Origin: Bacillota bacterium
GTDB lineage: Bacteria > Bacillota > Proteinivoracia > UBA4975
Assembly (NCBI GenBank): GCA_012523545.1
Contig: JAAYIH010000049.1
Location: 43,841-107,840 of the forward strand
Length of the DNA stretch: 64,000 bases
Reading direction: 5' to 3'
Under the pieces are notes generated by a model. The model was not told where the DNA came from. It ran no database searches and saw only the letters and a list, made by a program, of their open reading frames with translations. Every line of letters starts with the position of its first letter. Within the stretch, counting starts at the first letter, position 1. Shown one piece after another: positions 1 through 10,402 of the stretch. The position numbers and the translations under genes were made by a program.

Positions 1-990
1 TACAAGCGGATTAGAGTGGCTTCCGGCAACGACGACGTTGAGCTGCAGAAGAGCAATATCCTGCTCATCGGCCCCACCGGCGTGGGCAAGACCCTGCTGG
101 CCCAAACCCTGGCCAAAATCCTCAACGTGCCCTTTGCCATTGCCGACGCCACTTCTCTGACCGAGGCCGGCTATGTCGGCGAGGATGTGGAGAATATCCT
201 GCTCAAATTGATCCAGGCCGCCGATTACGACGTGGAAAAGGCGGAAAAGGGGATTATCTACATCGATGAAATCGACAAGATAGCCCGCAAATCAGAGAAT
301 CCTTCCATTACCCGCGACGTGTCCGGGGAAGGCGTGCAGCAGGCCCTGCTCAAGATTCTCGAGGGAACCATAGCCAGCGTGCCTCCCCAGGGCGGGCGCA
401 AACATCCCCATCAGGAGTTTATCCAGATAGACACCACCAACATCCTCTTTATTTGCGGAGGCGCCTTTGACGGTATCGACAAGATTATTCAAAAGCGCAT
501 CGGCAATAAAGCCATGGGGTTTGGCGCCGACGTGCGCAAGCGCAATGAGACCAACATAGGGGACATTCTCCAGCAAATTCAGCCCGTCGACCTGATCAAG
601 TACGGGCTGATCCCGGAATTTGTCGGGCGCGTGCCGGTGATTGCCACTTTAAACGCGCTGGACGAAGAGACATTGATCCGCATCCTCACCGAGCCGCGCA
701 ACGCCCTGGTCAAGCAGTATAAAAAGATGTTCAGCATGGACAATGTCGTTCTGGAATTCCAGCCCGATGCCCTGGAACTCATTGCCAAGGAGGCCATCAA
801 GAGAAATACCGGGGCTCGTGGCCTGCGCTCCATCATGGAAAACCTGATGCTGGACATCATGTTCGAAATCCCGTCCCGGGACGACATTGAGAAATGCATC
901 ATCACCCGGGAAGTGGTGGCCAACAACGAGGCCCCCATCATCGTGGCCAAGGAAAAACGCTCGGGCAAGAAACGCAACGTAACGGCATAA
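1..990 (+). CDS. clpX: ATP-dependent Clp protease ATP-binding subunit ClpX (5' end outside window)
   Basis: The reading frame is open from base 1. It has Walker [12 protein letters not shown] and the ClpX-specific stretch IYIDEIDKI...[22 protein letters not shown], and it is followed by the conserved lonB-lon-engB order. Confidence 0.93.
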   Translation, partial: YKRIRVASGNDDVELQKSNILLIGPTGVGKTLLAQTLAKILNVPFAIADATSLTEAGYVGEDVENILLKLIQAADYDVEKAEKGIIYIDEIDKIARKSENPSITRDVSGEGVQQALLKILEGTIASVPPQGGRKHPHQEFIQIDTTNILFICGGAFDGIDKIIQKRIGNKAMGFGADVRKRNETNIGDILQQIQPVDLIKYGLIPEFVGRVPVIATLNALDEETLIRILTEPRNALVKQYKKMFSMDNVVLEFQPDALELIAKEAIKRNTGARGLRSIMENLMLDIMFEIPSRDDIEKCIITREVVANNEAPIIVAKEKRSGKKRNVTA

Positions 991-1005
991 ACGACATACA
1001 AAAAA

Positions 1006-1044
1006 GACGGCTACCGGCGGCGCCGGGAGCCGTCTTTGTTTTTG
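1006..1044 (+). terminator. intrinsic terminator after clpX
   Basis: GACGGCT...AGCCGTC stem enclosing an inner CCGGCG/CGCCGG pairing, followed by TTTGTTTTT. Confidence 0.7.
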
Positions 1045-1050
1045 GACACC

Positions 1051-1100
1051 GGGGACGGTTCTTTTTGTCCAAAACTGGACAAAAAGAACCGTCCCCTTTG
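1051..1100 (+). repeat. perfect 20-bp inverted repeat (GGGGACGGTTCTTTTTGTCC/GGACAAAAAGAACCGTCCCC) with 6-nt loop, then TTTG
   Basis: Read directly from the sequence. It sits in tandem with the clpX terminator and upstream of lonB. Confidence 0.8.
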
Positions 1101-1178
1101 TCCGGTCGGCTTTGTCTGCGGGATATATTGCCCAGTCTTTGCCAATACTATTATGGATAAGCTGTCGAGGAGGTTTAC

Positions 1179-2859
1179 CGTGGGCGAATTAATGGGCGTG
1201 CTTACGTTGCTGCAGCTTTTTTTTGCCATAGTGATTGGCATCTACTTTTGGAACCTGCTCCGCAGCCAGCAGAGTTCCAAAACTGCGGTGGACAGGGGGT
1301 CCAGGCGGGAGCTGGAGAAGCTGGAGAAAATGCGGCGCATTTCGCTGACCGAACCGCTGGCCGAAAAGACCCGGCCTTCCAGCTTTGCGGAAATTATCGG
1401 GCAGGAGGACGGGCTCAGGGCTCTGCGCGCATCGCTGTGCTGCGCCAATCCTCAGCACATTATAATCTACGGGCCGCCGGGGGTGGGCAAGACCGCCGCC
1501 GCCCGCCTGGTGCTGGAAGAGGCCAAGGCCAACCCGGCGTCTCCTTTTGGCCCCGAGGCCAAATTTGTGGAAATAGACGCCACCACGGCGCGCTTTGACG
1601 AACGGGGGATTGCCGACCCCCTCATCGGCTCCGTCCACGACCCCATCTACCAGGGCGCCGGGGCCATGGGGGCGGCGGGAATCCCCCAGCCCAAGCCCGG
1701 CGCCGTCACCAAAGCCCATGGCGGCATACTCTTTATCGATGAAATCGGCGAGTTGCATCCCGTCCAGATGAACAAGCTGCTCAAAGTGCTGGAGGACCGC
1801 AAGGTCTTTTTGGAGAGCGCGTACTACAGCCGTGAGGACAAGAACATTCCCCAGCATATCCACGATATTTTTTGCAACGGCCTGCCGGCGGATTTTCGCC
1901 TCATCGGCGCCACCACCCGCTCTCCCGAGCACATTCCTCCCGCCCTGCGCTCCCGTTGCGTCGAGGTGTATTTTCGCGCCCTGTTGCCTGCCGAGGTGGC
2001 CCGGATAGCCAGAAATGCCGGCCGCAAAATCGGGACGCCCCTGACTGAGGAAGCGGTGCAGGTCCTGGCCAAGTACGCCGCCAACGGGCGGGAAGCGGTG
2101 AACATTGTGCAGGTGGCCTCCGGTTTGGCCGTTAACGAAGGGCGCAGGGAGATCAGCGCCGAAGATGTGGAGTGGGTGGTGAACAGCAGCCAGATTCAGC
2201 CCCGCCCCCGGGTCGGCCCGCCCCCGCAGCCCCAGGTGGGCGTCGTAATGGGCATGGCAGTTTACGGTCCCAACATGGGCGCCCTGTTGGAAATCGAGGC
2301 CAGCGCAGTGCGGGCGGGCGCCGGCCGGGGCAAGCTCACTGTCACCGGGGCCGTGGATGAGGAAGAACTGGGCAGCGGCGGCGACCGCAAGCTCAAGCGC
2401 AAGAGCATGGCCAAGGGGTCGGTGGAGAATGTGCTGACAGCCCTGAGGAAATATGTCGCCTGTGATATCCGTGACTATGACATACACTTGAATTTTCCCG
2501 GCGGAACGCCCATCGATGGTCCCTCCGCCGGCGCAGCCATCGCCGTGGCCATATATTCGGCGCTCACCGGAAAAAAAGCTGGCAACTGCTGCGCCCTGAC
2601 CGGGGAAATTTCCATTTTGGGCAAGGTCAAACCCGTTGGCGGCATAGTGCCGAAAGTAGAGGCCGCCCGCCAGGCGGGGATGAAGCGGGTAATCATTCCC
2701 CGGGAAAATTATCTCTCCAGCTTCGCCAAGTACTCCGACATCGAGATCGTGGCCGTGGATTCGCTGGACCAAGTGCTGGCCTGCGCCATTGCCGCCGAAC
2801 CGGCTGTCTACGGCGATATCTCGGTGGCGGCAAGTGCGTCGGCACAAGGAATCCGCTGA
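1179..2859 (+). CDS. lonB: sporulation-type ATP-dependent protease LonB
   Basis: N-terminal TM helix (LQLFFAIVIGIYFWNLL), AAA+ Walker A GPPGVGKT, and a Lon protease serine motif DGPSAGAAIAVAIYSAL. GTG start at 1179 is 5 nt after GAGGAGG; an alternative ATG is at 1192. Confidence 0.88.
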
Positions 2860-2907
2860 CTTGTAGAATTGGCAGGATTAGGATAAGATGTCAATGGAGG
2901 TGACTCA

Positions 2908-5235
2908 ATGAGCAAGACAAAGACAACTCGAGTCATACCTTTGCTGGCGTTGCGCGGGATATTGGTTTTTCCCGATATGATTATGCACCTGGATGTGGGC
3001 AGGGAAAAATCGGTGGCCGCCCTGGAGAGGGCGATGGTGGACGACAACGAGATTCTGCTCGTCAGCCAGCGTCAGGCCAATCTGGATGACCCGCAGCCCG
3101 AAGACCTGTTCTCGGTGGGAACGGTGGCCAGCATTAAACAAGTCCTCAAGCTGCCCGGGGGCACGGTGCGGGTTTTGGTGGAAGGTCTGGCCCGGGCCCG
3201 GGTTGTCAGGTACCTGGAGCTGGAGCCCCTCTTCCTGGCGGAAGCCGAACTGCTGGCCGAGGATGAAGCGGACACTCCGGAGCACGAGGCCTATATGCGC
3301 GCCCTCTTGCACCAATTTGAGCGCTACATCAAGCTGAGCAAAAAAATACCCCCTGACACCCTTATTTCGATTTCGGAAATAGACGAACCCGGCCGGCTGG
3401 CCGATTTGATCACCGGCCACCTTTCCCTCAAGGTGGAGCAGAAACAGCAGATTCTGGAAGCTGCCGATTCTTTGCGGCGCCTGGAACTCCTGACGGAGAT
3501 CCTGGCCCGGGAGAATGAAATGCTGGAAGTGGAACGGCGCCTGGGGGCCCGGGTGCGCAAGCAGATGGAAAAAAACCAGCGCGAGTATTATTTGCGGGAG
3601 CAGCTCAAGGCCATTCAAAAGGAGCTGGGGGAAAGGGACGGCGTTTCGGAGGAAGCCGATGCCTTCCGTCAGACCCTGGCTTCCCTCAAGCTTCCCGACA
3701 AAGTGCGGGAAAAGATTGCCAAGGAAATTGACCGCCTGGAGCGCACGCCCCCGGCCAGCCCCGAAAACGTCGTGTTGCGCAATTACCTGGAGTGGACCCT
3801 CTCCCTGCCCTGGGGCAAGGAAAGCAGGGACCGCCTGGATTTAAAAAAGGCGGCCAACATTCTCGACCAGGATCACTACGGCCTGGAAAAGGTAAAAGAA
3901 AGGATACTGGAGTTCCTGGCAGTGCGCAAATTGGCCAAGAAGCTCAAAAGCCCGATTATCTGCCTCATCGGTCCGCCGGGGGTGGGCAAGACTTCTCTGG
4001 CCAAATCGGTGGCCCGTTCGCTGCAACGGGAGTTTGTGCGCATTTCCCTGGGCGGAGTACGGGATGAAGCGGAAATCCGGGGCCATCGCCGCACCTATGT
4101 GGGCGCAATGCCGGGCAGGATCATCCAGGGGATGCGCCAGGCCGGAACTGCCAATCCCGTCTTTTTGATGGACGAAATAGACAAGATGAGCACCGATTTT
4201 CGCGGCGATCCTTCGGCGGCGCTGCTGGAGGTCCTGGACCCCGAACAAAACAACAGCTTCAGCGACCACTACATTGAAGTACCCTTCGACCTGTCCAAGG
4301 TTTTGTTCATCACCACAGCCAACGCCCAGCATCCCATACCGCAACCGCTGCAGGACAGGATGGAAATAATATATATTTCCGGCTACACCGAAGAGGAAAA
4401 GGTGGAAATTGTGCGCCGGCACCTCCTGCCCAAGCTCCTCAAGGAACACGGATTGAGCAGGGAACAGATGAAATTTTCCCAGCATGCCGTCCGGGCGATT
4501 ATCCGGCATTACACCCGGGAAGCAGGCGTGCGGGATTTGGAGCGCCACCTGGCCCGGGTGTGCCGCAAGGTGGCCAGGGAAGTGGTCGACGGGCATGATG
4601 GCCTGATCAGAATCACCGTGCGCAACCTGCATCAGTACCTGGGCGCACCGCGCTACAAACACCGGGAGCATGAACTGGAGCCGGCGGTGGGCATCGCCAC
4701 CGGCTTAGCCTGGACCCAGTTCGGCGGTGAAGTTCTCGACGTCGAGGCCACCGTGATGCCCGGAACGGGAAGCCTGACCCTGACGGGCAAGCTGGGCGAC
4801 GTTATGAAGGAGTCCGCCCAGGCGGCCCTCAGCTTTGTCCGTTCCCGCAGCCGCCAGCTGGGCCTGGCCGAGGACTTTTTTCAAAAGCATGACATTCACA
4901 TCCACGTTCCCGAAGGCGCCATACCCAAGGACGGTCCTTCGGCGGGGGTTACAATTGCCAGTGCACTCTATTCCGCCGTCAGCGGCAAAAGGCTGCGCCG
5001 GGACATTGCCATGACGGGGGAGATTACTTTGCAGGGCCGGGTGTTGCCGGTAGGGGGCATAAAGGAAAAGGTGCTGGCGGCGCACCGAAACGGCATCGAT
5101 ACCGTCATCCTGCCCCGCGCCAATGAAAAAGACAGCGAGGACATCCCCGCCAATATCCGGCGCAGGATAAAGCTCATTTGGGTGGATGAGGTGGACTCGG
5201 TGCTGAGCAGGGTAATAATCGGCCATGAAGATTAA
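2908..5235 (+). CDS. lon: ATP-dependent protease Lon (LonA)
   Basis: 775 aa with an N-terminal LON substrate-binding domain, GPPGVGKTS Walker A, and catalytic PKDGPSAGVTIASALYSA. Confidence 0.95.
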   Translation: MSKTKTTRVIPLLALRGILVFPDMIMHLDVGREKSVAALERAMVDDNEILLVSQRQANLDDPQPEDLFSVGTVASIKQVLKLPGGTVRVLVEGLARARVVRYLELEPLFLAEAELLAEDEADTPEHEAYMRALLHQFERYIKLSKKIPPDTLISISEIDEPGRLADLITGHLSLKVEQKQQILEAADSLRRLELLTEILARENEMLEVERRLGARVRKQMEKNQREYYLREQLKAIQKELGERDGVSEEADAFRQTLASLKLPDKVREKIAKEIDRLERTPPASPENVVLRNYLEWTLSLPWGKESRDRLDLKKAANILDQDHYGLEKVKERILEFLAVRKLAKKLKSPIICLIGPPGVGKTSLAKSVARSLQREFVRISLGGVRDEAEIRGHRRTYVGAMPGRIIQGMRQAGTANPVFLMDEIDKMSTDFRGDPSAALLEVLDPEQNNSFSDHYIEVPFDLSKVLFITTANAQHPIPQPLQDRMEIIYISGYTEEEKVEIVRRHLLPKLLKEHGLSREQMKFSQHAVRAIIRHYTREAGVRDLERHLARVCRKVAREVVDGHDGLIRITVRNLHQYLGAPRYKHREHELEPAVGIATGLAWTQFGGEVLDVEATVMPGTGSLTLTGKLGDVMKESAQAALSFVRSRSRQLGLAEDFFQKHDIHIHVPEGAIPKDGPSAGVTIASALYSAVSGKRLRRDIAMTGEITLQGRVLPVGGIKEKVLAAHRNGIDTVILPRANEKDSEDIPANIRRRIKLIWVDEVDSVLSRVIIGHED

Positions 5236-5803
5236 AAGCGCTGTATTTGCCCATTGTGCAGGCTTTAAAGAGCAGTTGCCCCCCGAGACGGCGCCGGAGA
5301 TTGCCTTTGCCGGCCGTTCCAATGTGGGGAAATCGTCGCTGATCAATTGCCTGGTACAGCGCAAGGCCCTGGCCAGGACCAGCGGCCAGCCCGGCAAGAC
5401 CCAGACCGTGAATTTTTACCTGGTCAACGACGCCTTGTACCTGGTGGATCTGCCGGGTTACGGTTATGCCCGGGTCCCCCAGGCGGTGCGCAACCGGTGG
5501 AAGTCTTTGCTGGAGGGGTACCTCAGCCGGAGGGGTTCTTTAAAGGGCGTCGTCCTGGTGGTGGACAGCCGCCATCCGCCCATGGCTTCAGATGTGCAGA
5601 TGTTCCAATGGTTGCTCCATTATCGCAAGCCGGTGCTGGTGGTTGCCACCAAAACGGACAAACTGTCCCGGCGCGAATACAATGCTGCCCTCCAGCGCCT
5701 GGAACAGGCCTATGCCGGCGTCCCGGTATTACCCTGTTCTGCTTTGCGGGGCAGCGGCAGAGATGCGGTGTGGAAGCATATTTGGGAATTGGCGACAAGC
5801 TGA
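5225..5803 (+). CDS. engB: ribosome biogenesis GTP-binding protein EngB/YsxC
   Basis: G1 motif GRSNVGKSSLIN, and it lies in the conserved position after lon. Confidence 0.9.
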   Translation: MKIKSAVFAHCAGFKEQLPPETAPEIAFAGRSNVGKSSLINCLVQRKALARTSGQPGKTQTVNFYLVNDALYLVDLPGYGYARVPQAVRNRWKSLLEGYLSRRGSLKGVVLVVDSRHPPMASDVQMFQWLLHYRKPVLVVATKTDKLSRREYNAALQRLEQAYAGVPVLPCSALRGSGRDAVWKHIWELATS

Positions 5804-5896
5804 CGGGAGGCTGAGTGCTGATGAGGATTGTCATCGGGTTTTCCGGCGCCGGCTTTATCCTGGGACCGGCCGGGCGACCCGGCGGGGGGTGGAGCG

Positions 5897-6817
5897 ATGC
5901 CTGAGACAACTGCCGCACAGCTGGTTGCGGCGCTAAAGCTTAATGTTTTGGTGGGCGAAGAGTGGCTGGACCGCAAAGTGGTTACCGCCGACATCCACCG
6001 GCCCGCTTTGGAAATGGCCGGCTTCTTTGCCCATTTTCCCGCCGAACGCGTTCAGGTAATGGGGATGACGGAGACGCACTTTTTTAACGAACTGGATCCT
6101 TCCACCCAGCTGGAGAGGGCCAAAAAGCTGTTGTCGCCCCAGACGCCCTGTCTGATTATCACCCGCAATTTGCAGCCTGCTGCGGCGCTGGTCAGGGCGG
6201 CCAGGGCCGCCCGGGTGCCAATCTTCGGCACCGCCCTGCCCACCACCCGCCTCATCAGCCGCATGGGCCATTGGCTGGACAATGCCCTGGCTCCCCGCAA
6301 AACGCTGCACGGTGTATTGGTCGACCTCTTCGGTACCGGCGTTCTCATTACCGGACCCAGCGGCATCGGCAAGAGCGAAACGGCGCTGGAACTCATCCAA
6401 AAAGGGCATCGCCTCATTGCCGACGATGCCGTGGAAATCCGCCGGCCTTCCGAAGATATCCTGGTGGGAACCTGTCCGCCGGTACTGGCCAATCTCCTGG
6501 AACTGCGCGGCGTCGGCATCATCGATGTGACCAAACTGTTTGGCGCCGGCGCGGTACGGCCCGACAAACGGGTGGAACTGATTATTCGCCTGCAGCCCTG
6601 GCAAGAGGGCGAGCCTTACGATCGCCTGGGCTTTGACAGCGAGTACCAGGAGGTTTTGGGCGTCAAGGTGCCGATGCTTACCGTCCCTGTGGCGCCGGGA
6701 CGCAACCTGGCCATGCTGGTGGAAACTGCCGCCGCCAATTTCCGGGCCCGGACCATGGGCATGGCGGTTGACCAGGAACTGCTGCGAAGAATCGACGAAG
6801 CCATGTCCGGAAAATAA
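5897..6817 (+). CDS. hprK: HPr kinase/phosphorylase
   Basis: P-loop GPSGIGKSETALEL and the HprK C-terminal domain. ATG at 5897 is preceded by a GGTGGAG RBS. The longer track ORF from 5828 has no RBS. Confidence 0.88.
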   Translation: MPETTAAQLVAALKLNVLVGEEWLDRKVVTADIHRPALEMAGFFAHFPAERVQVMGMTETHFFNELDPSTQLERAKKLLSPQTPCLIITRNLQPAAALVRAARAARVPIFGTALPTTRLISRMGHWLDNALAPRKTLHGVLVDLFGTGVLITGPSGIGKSETALELIQKGHRLIADDAVEIRRPSEDILVGTCPPVLANLLELRGVGIIDVTKLFGAGAVRPDKRVELIIRLQPWQEGEPYDRLGFDSEYQEVLGVKVPMLTVPVAPGRNLAMLVETAAANFRARTMGMAVDQELLRRIDEAMSGK

Positions 6818-6820
6818 CAG

Positions 6821-6845
6821 GCCGCTGCCGGCGGCTTTTTTTTGC
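6821..6845 (+). terminator. intrinsic terminator after hprK
   Basis: GCCGCTGCCGGCGGC hairpin followed by TTTTTTTTT. Confidence 0.75.
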
Positions 6846-6912
6846 TCCCGGCAGGATATTGGCCGGTCCGTCCAGAAATATTGCGGGAACGCTGAATTTG
6901 GGAGGCATGTGC

Positions 6913-8292
6913 ATGGATTTTTCTGCATCTAATCAAGCCTTGTGGAACCTGATGCTTCAGTTTGGAATCATGGCCGGACTGATGCTCTTTGCCAATGTCC
7001 TGCGCCGCAAGATTCCGCTTTTCCGCAAGAGCTTGCTGCCAACAGCTGTGTTGGCCGGTTTTATCGCCCTTTTTGTGAGAATGAGCGGGGCATTGCCCAT
7101 CGACGCCGGGCTGATGGAGATGGTCACTTATCATTCCATCGCCATTGGCTTCATTGCCCTCTCGTTGCAGATCCCGGACAAGAAGAAAAAAGCTGAAAGC
7201 GCCGGGCTCATTGCCGCCCGCAGCGGCGCCCTCATCGTCAGCACCTATTTGCTTCAGGGCTTGTTGGGGCTGGCTGTTTCCGTCGGGATGGCATATACCA
7301 TTATGCCGAACTTGTTTAAGGCCGCGGGCATCCTGTTGCCCATGGGTTACGGGCAGGGTCCGGGGCAGGCCAATAATGTGGGCTCGACATACGAAGCCCT
7401 GGGGTTTGCCGGCGGCCAGTCCTTTGGTCTCTCCCTGGCGGCTGCAGGCTTTCTCTGCGCTTGCACAGTGGGGGTTATTTACATCAATATCATGAAAAGG
7501 CAGGGCAAAATCGACCCGTCTGTTCTGGAACCTGCGGCCAGGCCGGTGACCGTCGCCGATTTTCAAAGTCACAATGAGATCCCCATTTCCGAATCGGTGG
7601 ACAGGCTGTCGGTGCAGTTTTCCCTGGTCATCATCGTTTATCTTGGCACCTACCTTGTTTCCCGGGGGATTACCGCTTTACTGGCGGCATACTTGCCCGG
7701 CCTGAGCGCGACACTGTCATCTTTGGTGTGGGGCTTTAACTTCATTATCGGCGCCCTGCTGGCCATTATCTGCCGCAATCTTTTTGCCTTTTTAACCCGG
7801 ACCGGGCTAATGACCCGGCAGTACCCCAACAATTACCTGCTGAGCCGGATTGCCGGGGTGGCCTTTGATTTCATGGTGCTGGCCGGAATAGCCGCCATCG
7901 ACATGAGAGACCTGGCAGGATTGTGGCTGCCCTTTGCGCTCATGGCCGTATTGGGCGGCGCCGTTACCCTGTGGTACTTGGCCTGGATTTGCAAGAAATT
8001 ATATCCGGGGTACTACTACGAGGGTATGCTGTCCATGTTCGGCATGCTGACCGGCACCATCAGCTCCGGGGTCCTTTTGTTGCGGGAAATTGACCCTTCT
8101 TTCCGGACACCTGCCGCTGTCAACCTGCTGACGGGCAGCAGCTTTGCCATCCTCTTTGGGTTGCCCATGCTGGTTTTGATTGGACTGGCGCCGCAATCCG
8201 TCGCCATGCTGTTTACGGCGATAGCCATCATGGTCGTTTATTTTGCCTTGTTGCTTTACTTCATGCTGGCGCCAAAATTGCGCAAATCGTGA
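6913..8292 (+). CDS. polytopic membrane transporter, sodium/glutamate symporter (GltS/ESS)-like
   Basis: About 12 predicted TM helices. A GYGQGPGQA segment resembles the GltS SGGHGTGAA region. ATG at 6913 is 7 nt after GGAGG. The family assignment is tentative. Confidence 0.55.
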   Translation: MDFSASNQALWNLMLQFGIMAGLMLFANVLRRKIPLFRKSLLPTAVLAGFIALFVRMSGALPIDAGLMEMVTYHSIAIGFIALSLQIPDKKKKAESAGLIAARSGALIVSTYLLQGLLGLAVSVGMAYTIMPNLFKAAGILLPMGYGQGPGQANNVGSTYEALGFAGGQSFGLSLAAAGFLCACTVGVIYINIMKRQGKIDPSVLEPAARPVTVADFQSHNEIPISESVDRLSVQFSLVIIVYLGTYLVSRGITALLAAYLPGLSATLSSLVWGFNFIIGALLAIICRNLFAFLTRTGLMTRQYPNNYLLSRIAGVAFDFMVLAGIAAIDMRDLAGLWLPFALMAVLGGAVTLWYLAWICKKLYPGYYYEGMLSMFGMLTGTISSGVLLLREIDPSFRTPAAVNLLTGSSFAILFGLPMLVLIGLAPQSVAMLFTAIAIMVVYFALLLYFMLAPKLRKS

Positions 8293-8294
8293 AG

Positions 8295-8325
8295 CAGGCA
8301 AATTGTGCCTGCTTCTTTATTTAGT
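8295..8325 (+). terminator. intrinsic terminator
   Basis: AGCAGGCA-aatt-TGCCTGCT hairpin followed by TCTTTATTT. Confidence 0.7.
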
Positions 8326-8384
8326 ATAAGAGCCGGGACTTGGGGGGGAAATTATATTTAGCAACGCCGACAGGAGATGGAAAT

Positions 8385-9938
8385 ATGCAGAAATTACCGG
8401 AATTGACTCCGGAACCCCAATCCTACTGGCTCGAGTCCAGCCCCGAGCCTGAATTCCCGCAACTGGACAAGGAAATCAGCGTCGACGTGGCCATCGTCGG
8501 CGGCGGGCTGACGGGCATTTCCACCGCCTGGCATTTGCAACGAGAGGGGCTGCGGGTGGCGGTCCTGGAAGCCGACAAGGTCGGGTATGGCACTACCGGA
8601 CATTCCACCGCCAAGATTACCGCCCAGCATGACCTGATTTACTGGCAGCTCAAAAGCCAATGGGGCGCGGAACTGGCCCAACAATATGCCCAGGCCAACG
8701 CGGCTGCTATAGCCGCCATGGCCGATTTAGTAAATCAGTTGAGCATTGATTGCGATTTTCAGTGGCAGCCGGCCTATGTCTACACCCTTGAGGACAAGTA
8801 CGTCACCAAGATAGAGCAGGAGGCCGAGGCGGCAGCCAGCCTGGGCATCGAAGCCGAATACCTGGATAACCTGGAATTGCCCTTTGCCGTCAAGGCGGCG
8901 GTGCGCTTTAACGGCCAGGCGCAATTCCATCCCGGCAAGTATACGGCCGCCCTGGCCGCACACTTTGTCCGGGAAGGCGGCGCCATTTACCAGGGGACGA
9001 CGGCGGTGGGGCTTGAAGAAGGAGAGACGGTTGTCACTGTATTTACCCAAACCAGCCACAAAGTTCGGGCCGACAAGGTGGTTATAGCCAGCCATTTTCC
9101 CTTTTATGACGGTCTCGGCCTGTATTTTGCCCGCATGTACCCCGAGCGCTCCTATATCCTGGCCGTCAAGGGCGCAGACCGCCTGCCGCCGGGGATGTAT
9201 GTGACAGCTGAGTCACCGGGGCGTTCGCTGCGCACCCACAAGGCCGGCGATGAGGAATTGCTGCTGGTGGCTGGTGAGCACCACAAAACAGCCCACGGCG
9301 AAGAAGAAACCGTCCATTACGAACGGTTGCGCGATTTTGCCGGCAAGTACTTCGGGGCCCAAGCCATTCCCTGGCGCTGGTCGGCCCAGGATTATACCAC
9401 GGCGGACAACATCCCGTATATCGGGCATATCAGGCCGGGCTGCGGCAATATCTTTGTAGCCACGGGATTTCGCAAGTGGGGAATATCCACCGCCACCGTG
9501 GCGGCCATGTTAATCCGGGACTTGATTGTATGGGGGCACAGTCTCTGGCAGGATGTTTACAACCCGCAGCGGAGCCTTAAATTAAACGCGGTGGGCAAGC
9601 TGATCAGCCTCAACGCCGATGTGGCCAAAGAACTGGTTTGGGGCAAACTCAGTGCCGCCGAGTCCGGGGAGATCGGCAGGCAGGAGGCCAAAGTGGTGGA
9701 AGTCCACGGCCGCAAAGCGGGCGCCTACCGCGACGAAGAGGGCAGGCTGCATGTGGTGGACAACACCTGTACCCATCTCGGGTGTGAACTGAAGTGGAAC
9801 CCTGCCGAAAAGACCTGGGACTGCCCCTGCCACGGTTCCCGTTTCTCCTATACAGGAGATATTGTGGAGGGGCCGGCGGTAAAACCCCTGCGCCGGCTGG
9901 GAGAAGGAGCCAGCGATATCGATCCGGATATCATATAG
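8385..9938 (+). CDS. FAD-dependent oxidoreductase (DAO family) fused to a C-terminal Rieske [2Fe-2S] domain
   Basis: N-terminal dinucleotide fold VAIVGGGLTGISTAW...EADKVGYGTTG and a C-terminal Rieske CTHLGCELKW...CPCHGSRF. ATG at 8385 is 8 nt after AGGAG. Confidence 0.85.
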   Translation: MQKLPELTPEPQSYWLESSPEPEFPQLDKEISVDVAIVGGGLTGISTAWHLQREGLRVAVLEADKVGYGTTGHSTAKITAQHDLIYWQLKSQWGAELAQQYAQANAAAIAAMADLVNQLSIDCDFQWQPAYVYTLEDKYVTKIEQEAEAAASLGIEAEYLDNLELPFAVKAAVRFNGQAQFHPGKYTAALAAHFVREGGAIYQGTTAVGLEEGETVVTVFTQTSHKVRADKVVIASHFPFYDGLGLYFARMYPERSYILAVKGADRLPPGMYVTAESPGRSLRTHKAGDEELLLVAGEHHKTAHGEEETVHYERLRDFAGKYFGAQAIPWRWSAQDYTTADNIPYIGHIRPGCGNIFVATGFRKWGISTATVAAMLIRDLIVWGHSLWQDVYNPQRSLKLNAVGKLISLNADVAKELVWGKLSAAESGEIGRQEAKVVEVHGRKAGAYRDEEGRLHVVDNTCTHLGCELKWNPAEKTWDCPCHGSRFSYTGDIVEGPAVKPLRRLGEGASDIDPDII

Positions 9939-9946
9939 TTTTGCCA

Positions 9947-9985
9947 GGAGCCTACAGCGGCTCCTGGATTATTTTGGCAGAGATT
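9947..9985 (+). terminator. intrinsic terminator
   Basis: CCAGGAGC-ctacagcg-GCTCCTGG hairpin followed by ATTATTTT. Confidence 0.7.
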
Positions 9986-10069
9986 GTGAAATAAATAACC
10001 TGTCGACGGCAGGAAAAGAGGGCTTCGAAATAGAATCTACTACAATGTGGTGTAAATCACAGTACTCGT

Positions 10070-10402
10070 ATGTGGGAGGAGAATGGCTTGAGGAGAATCA
10101 CAAAACACCCGATTTTGCAGTTTGAAGAAAAGCCGGTGATCACCTTTACCTTTGAAGGCCGAAAGCTGCAGGGGAGAGAAGGAGATACCATTGCTTCCGC
10201 CCTGCATGCCAACGGCATCAAAGTTCTCAGTCACAGCCGTCGTTACCATCGCCCCCGGGGATTTTTTTGCGCCATTGGCAAGTGCTCGGCCTGTCTCATG
10301 ACTGTCAACGGCACGCCCAATGTGCGGGCCTGTGTGGAACCTTTGGTGGAAGGTATGGACGTCAGGCGTCAACCTGCCACAGGAGGTGAACTGAAGTGGT
10401 AA
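10070..10402 (+). CDS. small (2Fe-2S)-binding subunit, HcnA / sarcosine-oxidase-alpha-N-terminal-like
   Basis: Cysteine pattern C...CAIGKCSACLMTVNG...C. It opens an operon of translationally overlapping oxidoreductase genes. An alternative TTG start at 10088 lies 6 nt after GGGAGGAG. Confidence 0.75.
   Translation: MWEENGLRRITKHPILQFEEKPVITFTFEGRKLQGREGDTIASALHANGIKVLSHSRRYHRPRGFFCAIGKCSACLMTVNGTPNVRACVEPLVEGMDVRRQPATGGELKW

Noticed and set aside
894-1241. Overlapping small ORFs on both strands at 894-1160 and 1011-1241
   Set aside because: They run through the tandem terminator and 20-bp inverted repeat, so they are mirror images of one another. Their translations are P/R/G-rich and there is no RBS.
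9986-10069. Possible sigma-54 promoter (TGGCAG...TTGTG) and TGT-N-ACA motifs upstream of the oxidoreductase operon
   Set aside because: Spacing between the GG and the TTG is 2 nt short of the -24/-12 consensus. The half-site motifs do not form a proper Rex or CRP-type palindrome.
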